Origin: Chloroflexota bacterium
GTDB lineage: Bacteria; Chloroflexota; Chloroflexia; Chloroflexales; Roseiflexaceae
Assembly (NCBI GenBank): GCA_039805565.1
Contig: JBDLTZ010000100.1
Span: forward strand, 3,487-67,486
DNA: 64,000 nucleotides
Direction of reading: 5' to 3'
Under the pieces are notes generated by a model that did not search any database, was not told the DNA's origin, and saw only the letters and a list, made by a program, of their open reading frames with translations. Below are positions 14,696 to 23,364 of this stretch, piece by piece. Position 1 is the first letter of the stretch; every line of letters starts with the position of its first letter. The position numbers and the translations under genes are program-made.

Positions 14696-16246
14696 CTACG
14701 CCCGAATCACCGTTATGACACGTCCCGAGGGAGCGGTAACCTCATCAGCGCGTGTACGCTCAGCAATCGCTGGCTGTCCCCGTCGTTGGTCGAACACCAC
14801 CAGCCACCCGGTGTCCAGGCTCAACCCTGCCAGGTAGCCATCGAGCTGCGCGACCCCCTCTTCCCGCGGGTCTGCTCGACCATCACGCCACACCTTCAGC
14901 TCGATCGGCAGCCGCTCTCCCCGATAGCTCAGCAGCAAATCGACTCGGTCGATGCCGACCATACTCTCGCGCTGGACCTGCCCGCCCCCGTTCGCCACCC
15001 GATCCAGGAACGCCTGCAGGACGAGCTGTGGCGCGATCTCGTGATACGGTGTCGTCCCAAGCAGTGGCTGTCCGTGCTCGCGCCAGAAGTGCAGAAACGC
15101 CGTCAGCAACGCATTCCGGTCCAGACGTCCGTCTAACGTCAGCCAGGTCGGCCTGAGCGCCGGCAGGAAGGCGCGTGTGGTCGTCGTGAGCGAGCGCGGG
15201 ATGACCGCCTCGTAGATCGGATTGGCGATCACCAGCCCCTGTGCCGGGTCCATCCGCACGAGCCCCAGATCCTGCACAAAGCGAATGTCATCCACAGGCA
15301 GGTCGGAGGGGATCGTGCCGGCGAGGAGCGGCTCGATAACCGCCCGGATACGCGGCTCGCGCAACCGGTCAGCCAGGCTGTCAAGGTGCGTCTCCTGCCG
15401 CGCGATGATGACCGCTTTGGCTTGGTCGATGATCACGTCGGTGATAGCTTGGCTGCGATCCAGCATGAGCTCTTCGACGGCGACCTTGGCGAGCGCGTTG
15501 ACGAGCCAGGGCTGCCCCTGGGTCAGCGTAAAGGCGTGCGCCAGCGCTGCCGGCGTGAACAGCTGTCCCGTCGCCGTCGTGTGCTGCTGATAGAGGGCCT
15601 CCACATCGGCGGCGCTGAAGTTCCCCAGGGTGAGCGAACGGGCTTTGATGTTGAAGGGGCTGGCGGTGGTGAGCCGCTCACTCCCACCAGCAGCAACCTT
15701 ATAGTCGCGTACGTCGCGGAGCCCAATCAAGGCAAGCGCCCAGGGGAAGTCGGTTGGGCGCCGTCGGTAGCCATCACGAAGCTGGCGCAACACCGAGATG
15801 AGTGCATCGTTCTCGAGGGCATCGATCTCATCAAGAAAGACGACGAGCGGGCGTTGACAGGTCTGCGACCAGGCACGTAGGGCGGCACCAATACGACGAC
15901 CGGGAGCGGCATTTGGCCACACGGGTGGCTGCAGGTCAGGCGGGAGCTGATGCTCAGCATCATCGCGCCAGGAGTCCAGTATCGCGTTCTCTGCCTGTCC
16001 GGGGTCATCTGAAAAGGGTGCGCCGACTTCGGCTGAGACAATCACCGCAGCGTAGCGGCCGGAGACGGTGAGCAGGCGGCCGAGCTCGAGCATCGCGGTG
16101 GTCTTGCCGCTCTGGCGGGGGGCGTGGAGCACGAAGTAGCTCTGCTGGTCGATCAGCCGCATGACTTCGGGCAGGCGCTCGGTCGCGGGCAGCATGTAGT
16201 GAATGTCAGGGCGACAGGGGCCGGCGACGTTGAACCAGCGAGCCAT
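14696..16246 (-). CDS. Predicted AAA-ATPase with C-terminal PD-(D/E)XK nuclease-like domain
   Basis: The N-terminus reads ARWFNVAGPCRPDIHYMLP, followed by Walker A APRQSGKTT and Walker B VVFLDEIDAL. The C-terminus IDRVDLLL...LPIELKVW resembles a D..E.K nuclease motif. ATG 16246 is preferred over GTG 16255 because GGAGAAAGG lies upstream. Confidence 0.7.
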   Translation of the reverse strand: MARWFNVAGPCRPDIHYMLPATERLPEVMRLIDQQSYFVLHAPRQSGKTTAMLELGRLLTVSGRYAAVIVSAEVGAPFSDDPGQAENAILDSWRDDAEHQLPPDLQPPVWPNAAPGRRIGAALRAWSQTCQRPLVVFLDEIDALENDALISVLRQLRDGYRRRPTDFPWALALIGLRDVRDYKVAAGGSERLTTASPFNIKARSLTLGNFSAADVEALYQQHTTATGQLFTPAALAHAFTLTQGQPWLVNALAKVAVEELMLDRSQAITDVIIDQAKAVIIARQETHLDSLADRLREPRIRAVIEPLLAGTIPSDLPVDDIRFVQDLGLVRMDPAQGLVIANPIYEAVIPRSLTTTTRAFLPALRPTWLTLDGRLDRNALLTAFLHFWREHGQPLLGTTPYHEIAPQLVLQAFLDRVANGGGQVQRESMVGIDRVDLLLSYRGERLPIELKVWRDGRADPREEGVAQLDGYLAGLSLDTGWLVVFDQRRGQPAIAERTRADEVTAPSGRVITVIRA

Positions 16247-16281
16247 ACCAAGCACCTTTCTCCGAGGGAGACAGTGGTGTC

Positions 16282-16290
16282 AGTATACCA
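16282..16290 (-). promoter_or_regulatory. Candidate extended -10 promoter (TGgTATACT) for the AAA-ATPase gene
   Basis: The reverse complement reads TGGTATACT, 36 nt upstream of ATG 16246. Confidence 0.4.
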
Positions 16291-16358
16291 CGCCAGAGGT
16301 GGGCGCAGGAGAGTGGGCGAAGCGCGTTAGAATGCGGTAAAGCCGGTCTTCATCGAGC

Positions 16359-16387
16359 TCGACAGGTGCGGTCGACCGCTCTATACT
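16359..16387 (+). promoter_or_regulatory. Orphan sigma70-like promoter TCGACA-17 nt-TATACT with no annotated plus-strand gene downstream
   Basis: Hexamers lie at 16359-16364 and 16382-16387 with exactly 17-nt spacing. Downstream are a 30-codon ORF (16401-16493) and a 10-bp perfect hairpin (16539-16570). Confidence 0.35.
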
Positions 16388-16593
16388 GCCCGGTATCACT
16401 ATGTGTACACACTTCGGTGCGCGATCCTGCACTCCACCGCTGCTTTCCGAGTTGATCGAGCCGGTCATTCAGCACTGCCTATCTCAGTCCTAGTGCGGTC
16501 ACCGGCGCCGCGCAGTACGGCTCGCGCACCACGGGCGCGCGTCCCACGCGGCGACGACCACGTGGGACGCGGCCGAGCAGCGCTCGATCCAGG

Positions 16594-17685
16594 TCAGGAG
16601 GCACCCTGCAGAGCGTCGAGCCGCACCAGCCGGCCTGTCGCTGCCGACCGGCTCGCCGCCTCGACAATCGCGGTGAGATCCAGGCCGATCGCAATGTTCT
16701 CGCTCGCGCGCGTGCCCTGCCGGATGTGCGACACCCACTGGTCGAAGGCCGGCGGAGGGGCGGCGGGCACATCGCGGACGAGCCACCGCGTCTCAGCCCC
16801 GGCGACAATGTCGCTGCGGATCCGAAGCTTGCCGTCCGGGCCGGAGCCCGGGGCACCCGCGCCCGAGGCCGCGCCCGAGCGGAAACGAGCGATCATCTCG
16901 CCGATGCCAGTCTCGCTGTAGAGCACGCTGCCCCGCGTGCCGTGCACCTCGATGCTGAAAGGCGCGTACTGCGCGGCGTAGGCGGTCTCTACCACGCCAA
17001 TCGCACCACTCGGGTAGCGCAGTGTCAGCGCCGCGTTATCCTCCACCGCCCGCCCGGTCACGTGGCCGAAGATAGCGCTCACACCCTCCGGCCGCCCCAG
17101 GAACGCGCGAGTCAGGTACACCGGGTGGCACAGGTCGATCAGCGCTCCGCCCTGCGCCTCCTCCGGGCGGTAGAACTGGGCGGGGAGCCAGCCCTCGGGG
17201 CGCTGCGGAGTTCTGAGCGCCCCGCTGTGGCTGTCGCGCACCCGCACCAGCGTCAGGTCGCCGCACGCGCCCTGCGCGATGAGCTCCCGGATCGCCACGG
17301 TGGCCGGATCGGTGAGCCGGCGCATCGACACGACGAAGGCCACGCCGGCTTGCTCCACGGCGGCGACAATCTCCTCCGCCTCGCGCAGAGTCGCGGCAAT
17401 CACTTTCTCTGTAAAAATGTGCTTGCCGGCCCGCGCGGCGGCGACCATCACGTGGTGATGCATGCTCGTCGGGGAGTCTACGACGACGCCGTCGATGTCC
17501 GGCTGCGCCAGCAGCTCGTCGAGGCGCGCGAAGAAGCGCACGCTGCGCTGCTCGGCCTCCGCCCGGCCACGCTCGGGGACCTCGTCCCACACCGCAACGA
17601 TCTCTGTCTCGGGGTGCTCCTCCACCGCGCGGGCGTAGTCTTTCCCGTGCACGTGCCAGAAGCTCAGCATGGCGACACGGATCAT
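16594..17685 (-). CDS. Gfo/Idh/MocA family oxidoreductase
   Basis: ORF 16594..18027, with ATG 17685 (MIRVAMLSFWHVHGKDYA) preceded by GGAAGGA. The N-terminus is a Rossmann-type fold, and the length (363 aa) and sequence pattern fit the family. Confidence 0.8.
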   Translation of the reverse strand: MIRVAMLSFWHVHGKDYARAVEEHPETEIVAVWDEVPERGRAEAEQRSVRFFARLDELLAQPDIDGVVVDSPTSMHHHVMVAAARAGKHIFTEKVIAATLREAEEIVAAVEQAGVAFVVSMRRLTDPATVAIRELIAQGACGDLTLVRVRDSHSGALRTPQRPEGWLPAQFYRPEEAQGGALIDLCHPVYLTRAFLGRPEGVSAIFGHVTGRAVEDNAALTLRYPSGAIGVVETAYAAQYAPFSIEVHGTRGSVLYSETGIGEMIARFRSGAASGAGAPGSGPDGKLRIRSDIVAGAETRWLVRDVPAAPPPAFDQWVSHIRQGTRASENIAIGLDLTAIVEAASRSAATGRLVRLDALQGAS

Positions 17686-17975
17686 AGCATTGGTCCTTCC
17701 AGACAACACGCTCCGCCGGCGCTCGGTGGAGCCCGAGACAGAGTGGCTGTACTTCAGATCGACGACATGATCGCCATTATATGCCCTCCGCGACCGCGTC
17801 TCTGCGCGCCGAGAGCCCCGCACGCGGCTGTCCGGTGCGCGCGGGATCGCAGTGTTGACGCCGGGCTGGCTGGCGCGTAGCATACACCCGCACTGGAGCG
17901 CACAGGAGATCTTTCGCGGCGCAGTGCTCGCGCAGATGGAGATCCGCGCACGAGAGGGGACAGGGGAGAGGGTCG

Positions 17976-18758
17976 ATGACAGAGGAAGCGCTGATTGCTG
18001 CCTGGGAGCGGGAGGAACGGGCGCCATTCGCCGGCTGGGACTTCACGTACCTCGCGGGGCGGGCGCGCAGCGAGGGCCCGCCATCCGTGTACCCCGAGCG
18101 GGCGGCTACCCTCATGCGGCAGGCCCGCGCGGCAATCGACCTCGACACCGGCGGGGGCGAGCAGCTGCTGGCGCTCAGGCCATACTGGCCAGCGCGGCTG
18201 GCGGCGACCGAGGGCTACTCCCCAAACCTTCGGCTCGCAACCGACCGGCTCGGCCCGCTGGGTGTCGAGGTCGTCTCCGTCGAGTCGAGCGAACTGGCGC
18301 GGCTGCCGTTCGCCGACGCAACCTTCGACCTGGTGCTCAACCGGCACGGCGGCTGCCTGCCGATGGCCGAGATCGCGCGCGTGCTGACGCCGGGGGGCAC
18401 GCTCCTGACCCAGCAAGTCCACGGTCAGACCCTTGTCGAGCTGCTGGCGCACTTCGGGGCGGCTCCGCAGTGGCCCGACGCGACGCCCGCGTACTATCTG
18501 CCGCGCATAGCCGCAGCGGGGCTCGAGCTCGTCGAGCTTGACGAGTACACGGGCGCCGAGGTCTTCACGGATGTCGGCGCCGTGGTCTACTTCCTGAGGG
18601 CCGTCCCGTGGCTGGTGCCGGGGTTTCGCGTTGACACGCACCAGGCGCCGCTGCTAGCACTGCAGCGGCGCCTGGTGCGCGGAGAGGAGCTCCGCTTCGT
18701 CACGCGGGGCTACCGGATCGAAGCCAGCAAGCCGGCGGAGCGGAGCAGCGAGCCCTAG
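17976..18758 (+). CDS. Class I SAM-dependent methyltransferase
   Basis: Motif I is IDLDTGGGE, followed by FDLVLNRHG and LTPGGTLL. The RBS GGGGAGAGG lies upstream of ATG 17976. Confidence 0.75.
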   Translation: MTEEALIAAWEREERAPFAGWDFTYLAGRARSEGPPSVYPERAATLMRQARAAIDLDTGGGEQLLALRPYWPARLAATEGYSPNLRLATDRLGPLGVEVVSVESSELARLPFADATFDLVLNRHGGCLPMAEIARVLTPGGTLLTQQVHGQTLVELLAHFGAAPQWPDATPAYYLPRIAAAGLELVELDEYTGAEVFTDVGAVVYFLRAVPWLVPGFRVDTHQAPLLALQRRLVRGEELRFVTRGYRIEASKPAERSSEP

Positions 18759-21346
18759 GCCGGGGTGTGGCCGGCGAGGCGCAGGCCGCGCAGGCGCAGC
18801 GAGTTCGTGACGACGAAGATCGACGAGAAGGCCATCGCAGCGGCGGCCAGGATGGGGCTCAGCTGCCACCCCGTCAGCGGGTAGAGCGCGCCGGCCGCCA
18901 CCGGGATGAGCACCACGTTATAGACGAACGCCCAGAACAGGTTCCAGCGGATGGTCCGCATCGTCGCCTTACTGAGCTGGATAGCCTGCGGCACGCTGCG
19001 CAGGTCACCGCGCATCAGCGTGACGTCGGCGGCCTCCATCGCCACATCGGTGCCCGTGCCCATCGCGATACCCACATCCGCCTGAGCGAGCGCCGGGGCG
19101 TCGTTGATACCGTCGCCCACCATCGCCGTGACGAACCCCTCGGCCTGGAGGCGCTGGACCTCAGCGGCCTTATCCTGCGGCAGGACCTCGGCCAGCACGC
19201 GCTCGACGCCGACCTGGGCCGCGATCGCCTCAGCCGTGCGGCGGTTGTCGCCGGTCAGCATCGCGACCCGCACGCCCATGTGCTTCAGGCTCTCTACCGC
19301 CGCGCGTGACGTAGGCTTCACGGTGTCAGCCACCGCGATCACCCCCAGCGCCTCGCCGTCGGCAGCCACCACCATGGCCGTCTTGCCCTCGCCCTGGAGC
19401 CGCGCGACATCCCCCTCGATCCCGGCCGTGTCGACGCTCCACTCGCGCATCAGCCGGAGGTTGCCGAGCAGCACCACGCGCCCGTCCACCACCGCCGTGA
19501 TGCCCTGCCCGGCGACTGCCTCGAAGCGCTCCGGCTGGCTCAGCGCCACGCCGCGCTCCTGCGCCGCCCGCACGATCGCCTCGCCCAGCGGGTGCTCCGA
19601 GCCGCGCTCGGCGGAGGCAGCCAAGCGCAACAGCTCAGAGCCGTGAGCAGCGTCACTGTCAACGGCGAGCGACGCCGCCCCTTGTGAGGCCTCAGCGACG
19701 TGGCTCACAGCTGGGAGCTCAGCACTCACGACAACGTCGGTCACGACCGGCTTCCCCTCGGTGATCGTGCCGGTCTTATCGATGACCACCGTCTGGATGC
19801 GGTTCGCGCGCTCCAGGCTCTCGGCATTCTTGATCAGAATGCCATGCTCCGCGCCGGCGCCCGTCCCAACCATGATCGCGGTGGGGGTAGCGAGGCCCAG
19901 GGCGCAGGGGCAGGCGATCACCAGCACCGCCACCGCGAAGATCAGCGATTGGGTGAAGCCGACCCCGCCGACGAAGTACCAGCCCAGGAAGGTGAGCGCG
20001 GCGATCACCAGCACCGCGGGCACGAACACGCTGGACACCTGGTCCACGAGGCGCTGCACCGGCGCGCGGCTCCCCTGCGCCTGCTGCACCATGCGGACGA
20101 TCTGAGCCAGCGCGGTCTCCTTGCCGACGCGCGTGGCGCGGAACTGGAAGCTGCCGGTCTTATTGACCGTGGCGCCGATCACCGTGTCGCCCGCATTCTT
20201 CTCCACCGGCATGCTCTCGCCGGTGACCATGCTCTCGTCCACGCTCGACCGGCCGCTGGTGATGACGCCGTCCACCGGCACCTTCTCGCCAGGCCGCACG
20301 ATCACGATCTCGCCTTTGCGCACGTCGCCGACCGGGACATCGACCTCCTGCCCGCCGCGCAGCACGCGCGCCGTCTTCGCCTGCAAGCCCATCAGCGCGC
20401 GGATGGCGGCGCCGGTCTGGCTCTTGGCGCGGGCCTCGAGGTACTTGCCCACCAGGATCAGCGTGATGATGACGGCCGCGGTCTCGAAGTAGACGTGGCC
20501 GGACTTGCCGGCAAGCATGAGCCACAGGCTGTAGAAGAAGGCCGCCGACGAGCCCAGCGCGATCAGGGTGTCCATGTTGGCGGTGCGGCTCTTGAGCGCG
20601 CTCCAGGCGTGGGTGTAGAAGTCGCGCCCGCTGTAGAACTGCACCGGCAGCGCCAGCGCCAGGAACAGCCAGTTGAGGTAGTCGGCGCTGGCGGGGTAGT
20701 GCATCACCATCGCACCGCCGGCCTCGCCCGCGTGCATCTGCTCCTCCAGCGCAGCCCAGGTTGCGTTGAGCCACGGCTGGATGAGCCCGAAGTCGCGCGC
20801 CATCGAGAGCGCGAAGAGCGGCAGGCTGAACAGCACGCCCACGGTCAGCTTGCGCCGCTTATCGGCCAGGTCACGCGCGCGCGCGGCGGCCTCGATGTCC
20901 TCGGCGTCGGCGCCACTGGCCTCGGCGGTCTCGATCACGCCGTAGCCGGCCCGCTCCACCGCGCCCCGGATCTCACCCCAGCCCGCCGTGCTCGGCACGT
21001 AGGTGACGGTGGCGTGCTCGGCGGCCAGATTGACAGACGCGTCGAGCACCCCCGGCACCTTCCGCAGCGCCTTCTCGACGCGCGACGAGCACGAGGCGCA
21101 CGTCATCCCGGTGACGGGGAACTCGATCTGGTCGGTGACAATCCCGTAGCCGGCCCCTTCGACCGCCGCCTGGATCTGCGTCACGCTGGCCTGCGCGGGC
21201 TCGTAGCTGACGGTGGCCTGCTCGGTGGCGAGGTTGACGCTCGCCGCCGCGACGCCGGGCACCTTCTGGAGGGCCTTCTCGACGCGCCGCACGCACGAGG
21301 CGCACGTCATCCCGGTGATGGGGAGATCGACCTGTTGCACTGCCAT
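18755..21346 (-). CDS. copA: Copper-translocating P1B-type ATPase with two N-terminal HMA domains
   Basis: Two GMTCASC metal-binding motifs, the CPC transmembrane motif ([12 protein letters not shown]), the DKTGT phosphorylation site and the GDGINDAP hinge are present. ATG 21346 is preceded by AGGAG. Confidence 0.92.
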   Translation of the reverse strand: MAVQQVDLPITGMTCASCVRRVEKALQKVPGVAAASVNLATEQATVSYEPAQASVTQIQAAVEGAGYGIVTDQIEFPVTGMTCASCSSRVEKALRKVPGVLDASVNLAAEHATVTYVPSTAGWGEIRGAVERAGYGVIETAEASGADAEDIEAAARARDLADKRRKLTVGVLFSLPLFALSMARDFGLIQPWLNATWAALEEQMHAGEAGGAMVMHYPASADYLNWLFLALALPVQFYSGRDFYTHAWSALKSRTANMDTLIALGSSAAFFYSLWLMLAGKSGHVYFETAAVIITLILVGKYLEARAKSQTGAAIRALMGLQAKTARVLRGGQEVDVPVGDVRKGEIVIVRPGEKVPVDGVITSGRSSVDESMVTGESMPVEKNAGDTVIGATVNKTGSFQFRATRVGKETALAQIVRMVQQAQGSRAPVQRLVDQVSSVFVPAVLVIAALTFLGWYFVGGVGFTQSLIFAVAVLVIACPCALGLATPTAIMVGTGAGAEHGILIKNAESLERANRIQTVVIDKTGTITEGKPVVTDVVVSAELPAVSHVAEASQGAASLAVDSDAAHGSELLRLAASAERGSEHPLGEAIVRAAQERGVALSQPERFEAVAGQGITAVVDGRVVLLGNLRLMREWSVDTAGIEGDVARLQGEGKTAMVVAADGEALGVIAVADTVKPTSRAAVESLKHMGVRVAMLTGDNRRTAEAIAAQVGVERVLAEVLPQDKAAEVQRLQAEGFVTAMVGDGINDAPALAQADVGIAMGTGTDVAMEAADVTLMRGDLRSVPQAIQLSKATMRTIRWNLFWAFVYNVVLIPVAAGALYPLTGWQLSPILAAAAMAFSSIFVVTNSLRLRGLRLAGHTPA

Positions 21347-21432
21347 AGCTATTTCCTGCTCCTGGTGAGCTGCCGGGGGTGGGCGGGCGTACCCGACCGA
21401 CCCCCGGCCCCTGACCATGCTCCTCGGGCGGC

Positions 21433-21648
21433 CTAGCTCAGCCGCGCGACCTCATCGTACCCCGCCTCGTTGATCGCCGCCACGATCTGGTCGGGCGTGA
21501 CCTGCGGCTCGTGCTCGACGGTGACCGTCTTGTCGTCCAGGCTGATCTGCACGCGCCGCACGCCGCTAAGCGCCGTCACCTCTTTGGTGATTGCGTTGAC
21601 GCAGTGCTGGCACGAGATCTCCGGGACGCGAAACTGCTCGGTGGTCAT
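21433..21648 (-). CDS. copZ: Copper chaperone (HMA domain)
   Basis: 71 aa with CQHC metal-binding motif ([15 protein letters not shown]). ATG 21648 is preceded by AGGAGA. Confidence 0.8.
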   Translation of the reverse strand: MTTEQFRVPEISCQHCVNAITKEVTALSGVRRVQISLDDKTVTVEHEPQVTPDQIVAAINEAGYDEVARLS

Positions 21649-21715
21649 GGTCTGTTTCTCCTGTGTGGCTGGCACGGAAGCCGCGCCGCATAACGAAACC
21701 CGGTGGTTCGAAGAC

Positions 21716-22000
21716 TCAGGTGCGCGGGAGCGAGCTGCCGGCTTCGAAGACCTGCAGCAGCTCGTTCACCACGCGCTCGCGCTCCCCGGGGTCCTCGCCC
21801 CGGATGGCCTCCGTCACGCAGCCGTTCAGGTGCCGCGCCAGGATGAGCCGGTTGAAGGTGTCGAGGGCGCGCTGGATGGCCTGCGTTTGCTTGATGATGT
21901 CGACGCAGTACTCGTCCTGGTCGACCATCCGCTGCACCCCGCGCACGTGCCCCTCGATCGTCTTGAGCCGGTTGAGCAGCTGCTGTTTCTGGTCCGGCAT
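21716..22000 (-). CDS. csoR: CsoR-family copper-sensing transcriptional repressor
   Basis: 94 aa reading LLNRLKTIEGHVRGVQRMVDQDEYCVDIIKQTQAIQRAL...HLNGC, which carries the Cys-His-Cys signature of the CsoR/RcnR family. ATG 22000 is the first Met of the conserved part. Confidence 0.9.
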   Translation of the reverse strand: MPDQKQQLLNRLKTIEGHVRGVQRMVDQDEYCVDIIKQTQAIQRALDTFNRLILARHLNGCVTEAIRGEDPGERERVVNELLQVFEAGSSLPRT

Positions 22001-22021
22001 AGGTGTGCCCTCGCTTGCTTC

Positions 22022-22047
22022 TACCCCACCCCCCTGGGGAGGGGGTA
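22022..22047. promoter_or_regulatory. Putative CsoR operator (GC-rich pseudo-palindrome TACCCCACCCCCCTGGGGAGGGGGTA)
   Basis: The TACCC...GGGTA pseudo-palindrome resembles known CsoR operators. It lies between the predicted -10 element and the csoR start codon. Confidence 0.6.
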
Positions 22048-22054
22048 TGCCTAC

Positions 22055-22083
22055 AGTGTACCTGTCCGAGTCCCTCTTGTCAA
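22055..22083 (-). promoter_or_regulatory. Sigma70-like promoter of csoR-copZ-copA (TTGACA-17 nt-TACACT)
   Basis: The reverse complement of 22078-22083 is TTGACA and of 22055-22060 is TACACT, with exactly 17-nt spacing. The operator follows immediately downstream. Confidence 0.55.
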
Positions 22084-22104
22084 GGGCGTACGAGCTCCAA
22101 TTCA

Positions 22105-22262
22105 GCTGAACGATGAACGATGAACGCTGAACGCTGAACGATGAACGCTGAACGATGAACGCTGAACGATGAACGATGAAGAGCCGAGAAGCGATCGAAG
22201 CTGCACAGCACCGCTCACTACCCCGGCTCTCACGACTCACGACTCACGACTCACGACTCAGC
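22105..22262. repeat. Mosaic intergenic element: (GMTGAAC)x11 - 48-nt core - (CTCACGA)x4-5
   Basis: Heptamer arrays are read directly. The core gaagagccgagaagcgatcgaagctgcacagcaccgctcactaccccggctctcacg is about 90 percent identical to the reverse complement of 53091-53150. The mrpG stop codon lies inside the right arm. Confidence 0.85.
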
Positions 22263-22645
22263 ACGGCCGGCTCCTCGCCATCCAGCTCGTGGGTGATCGG
22301 GTTGTAGCGTCCGCGCAGCTCATCCGCCACCGTCTGCTCCCAGAGCGGGACCCCCACGAAGTAGCTCGCGCGCCCGATCAAGTGCGCCGTCACCGGGGCC
22401 GTCAGCAGGAAGAACACGATCGCCGCCAGCGCCCGCAGCGTGATGCTCAGGTCGCCGAAGTGGATCGCCGCCGCGCCAAGCGTGCAGGCGATCCCCAGCG
22501 TGGCGCCTTTGGTGGCCGGCTGCATGCGCGTGAGGAGGTCCGGCATCCGCAGCACCCCCACCGCCGCCAGCAGCAGGAACGCCGCCCCCACCAGCAGCAG
22601 CGCGTTGCTCAGCAAGTCACTCACCGCTCGCCCTCCGCTCCACAT
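22244..22645 (-). CDS. mrpG: Na+/H+ antiporter subunit G
   Basis: MnhG-like sequence (LLVGAAFLLLAAVGVLRMPDLLTRMQPATKGATLG). The start may instead be the GTG at 22624, which overlaps the mrpF stop. Confidence 0.85.
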   Translation of the reverse strand: MWSGGRAVSDLLSNALLLVGAAFLLLAAVGVLRMPDLLTRMQPATKGATLGIACTLGAAAIHFGDLSITLRALAAIVFFLLTAPVTAHLIGRASYFVGVPLWEQTVADELRGRYNPITHELDGEEPAVLSRES

Positions 22646-22892
22646 ACTGCGCCAGCGCCACAGTCCCCAGGAACGTGATCAGCGCCAGCACAATCGCCGC
22701 GTCCAGAAAGACCGCCTCGCCCGTCTCGATCGCGTAGACCGTCAGGAAGCCTGCCGTGATCACCGCAATCAAGTCCAGCGCCACCACCCGGTCCGGCAGG
22801 CTCGGCCCGCGCGTCAGCCGCGCGAAGGCCAGGAACAGCGCCGCCAGCAGCATTGCCAGCCCCAGCGTCTCGACACTCAGCGCCGGTATCAT
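22617..22892 (-). CDS. mrpF: Na+/H+ antiporter subunit F
   Basis: A 91-aa three-TM protein (FARLTRGPSLPDRVVALDL) with the position and size typical of MnhF. Its start ATG overlaps the mrpE stop (ATGA). Confidence 0.85.
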   Translation of the reverse strand: MIPALSVETLGLAMLLAALFLAFARLTRGPSLPDRVVALDLIAVITAGFLTVYAIETGEAVFLDAAIVLALITFLGTVALAQYVERRASGE

Positions 22893-23362
22893 CGCAGCAC
22901 CTCCAGCACGCGCCGCTCGAACCCCTGCTTGATCTGCTGGCGCACCGTCTCCAGATCGTCCACGTACAGGGCGTGGACGTAGAGCTCGCCGCGATCCTTC
23001 GCCACGTCCAGGCTGAGCGTGCCGGGCGTGAGCGTGATCAGGTTCGCCAGCAGCGTGATCTCCAGGTCGGTGCGGGCGTCGAGCGGCACCGCTACCACCG
23101 CCGGCCGTATCCGGTAGCCCGGCGTGAGGACATCGTAGGCCACGCGCAGGTTAGCCTTCACCAGCTCGACGAGGAAAAACAGCAGCAGGTCGAGCACCTG
23201 GAGCACCTTGCGGGCGTAGACCGGCGAGCCGATTGTCTTCCGCATGGAGAGCAGGATGAGGAAGCCCAGCACGAAGCCGAGCGCCAGGTTGCGCGGCGCG
23301 AAGCTGCCGGTGAGCGCGCCCCACGCCAGCGCCAGTAGGATGTTCCAGATGAAGCTATGCAC
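22889..23362 (-). CDS. mrpE: Na+/H+ antiporter subunit E
   Basis: The conserved MnhE region begins at VHSFIWNILLALAWGALTG. The GTG at 23362 lies 3 nt after the mrpD stop. The longer ORF to 23572 would overlap mrpD in another frame. Confidence 0.8.
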   Translation of the reverse strand: MHSFIWNILLALAWGALTGSFAPRNLALGFVLGFLILLSMRKTIGSPVYARKVLQVLDLLLFFLVELVKANLRVAYDVLTPGYRIRPAVVAVPLDARTDLEITLLANLITLTPGTLSLDVAKDRGELYVHALYVDDLETVRQQIKQGFERRVLEVLR

Positions 23363-23364
23363 CG

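Noticed and set aside
16403-16921. A 172-aa plus-strand ORF downstream of the orphan promoter.
   Set aside because: Most of it is antisense to the Gfo/Idh/MocA gene and has shadow-frame composition. Only the short 30-codon ORF and a possible RNA are kept as a speculative finding.
18755-18758. A 4-nt overlap of the convergent copA and methyltransferase stop codons (CTAG).
   Set aside because: Confirmed in the sequence, but it is a common consequence of compact convergent genes. There is no evidence of functional significance.
19700-21436. A 578-aa plus-strand ORF across copA.
   Set aside because: It is antisense to an unmistakable P-type ATPase and has a low-complexity Arg/Gly/His-rich translation.
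22105-22262. The heptamer and 20-mer tandem arrays considered as possible CRISPR arrays.
   Set aside because: The units are 7 or 20 nt long, directly abutting without unique spacers. No cas genes are present in the window.
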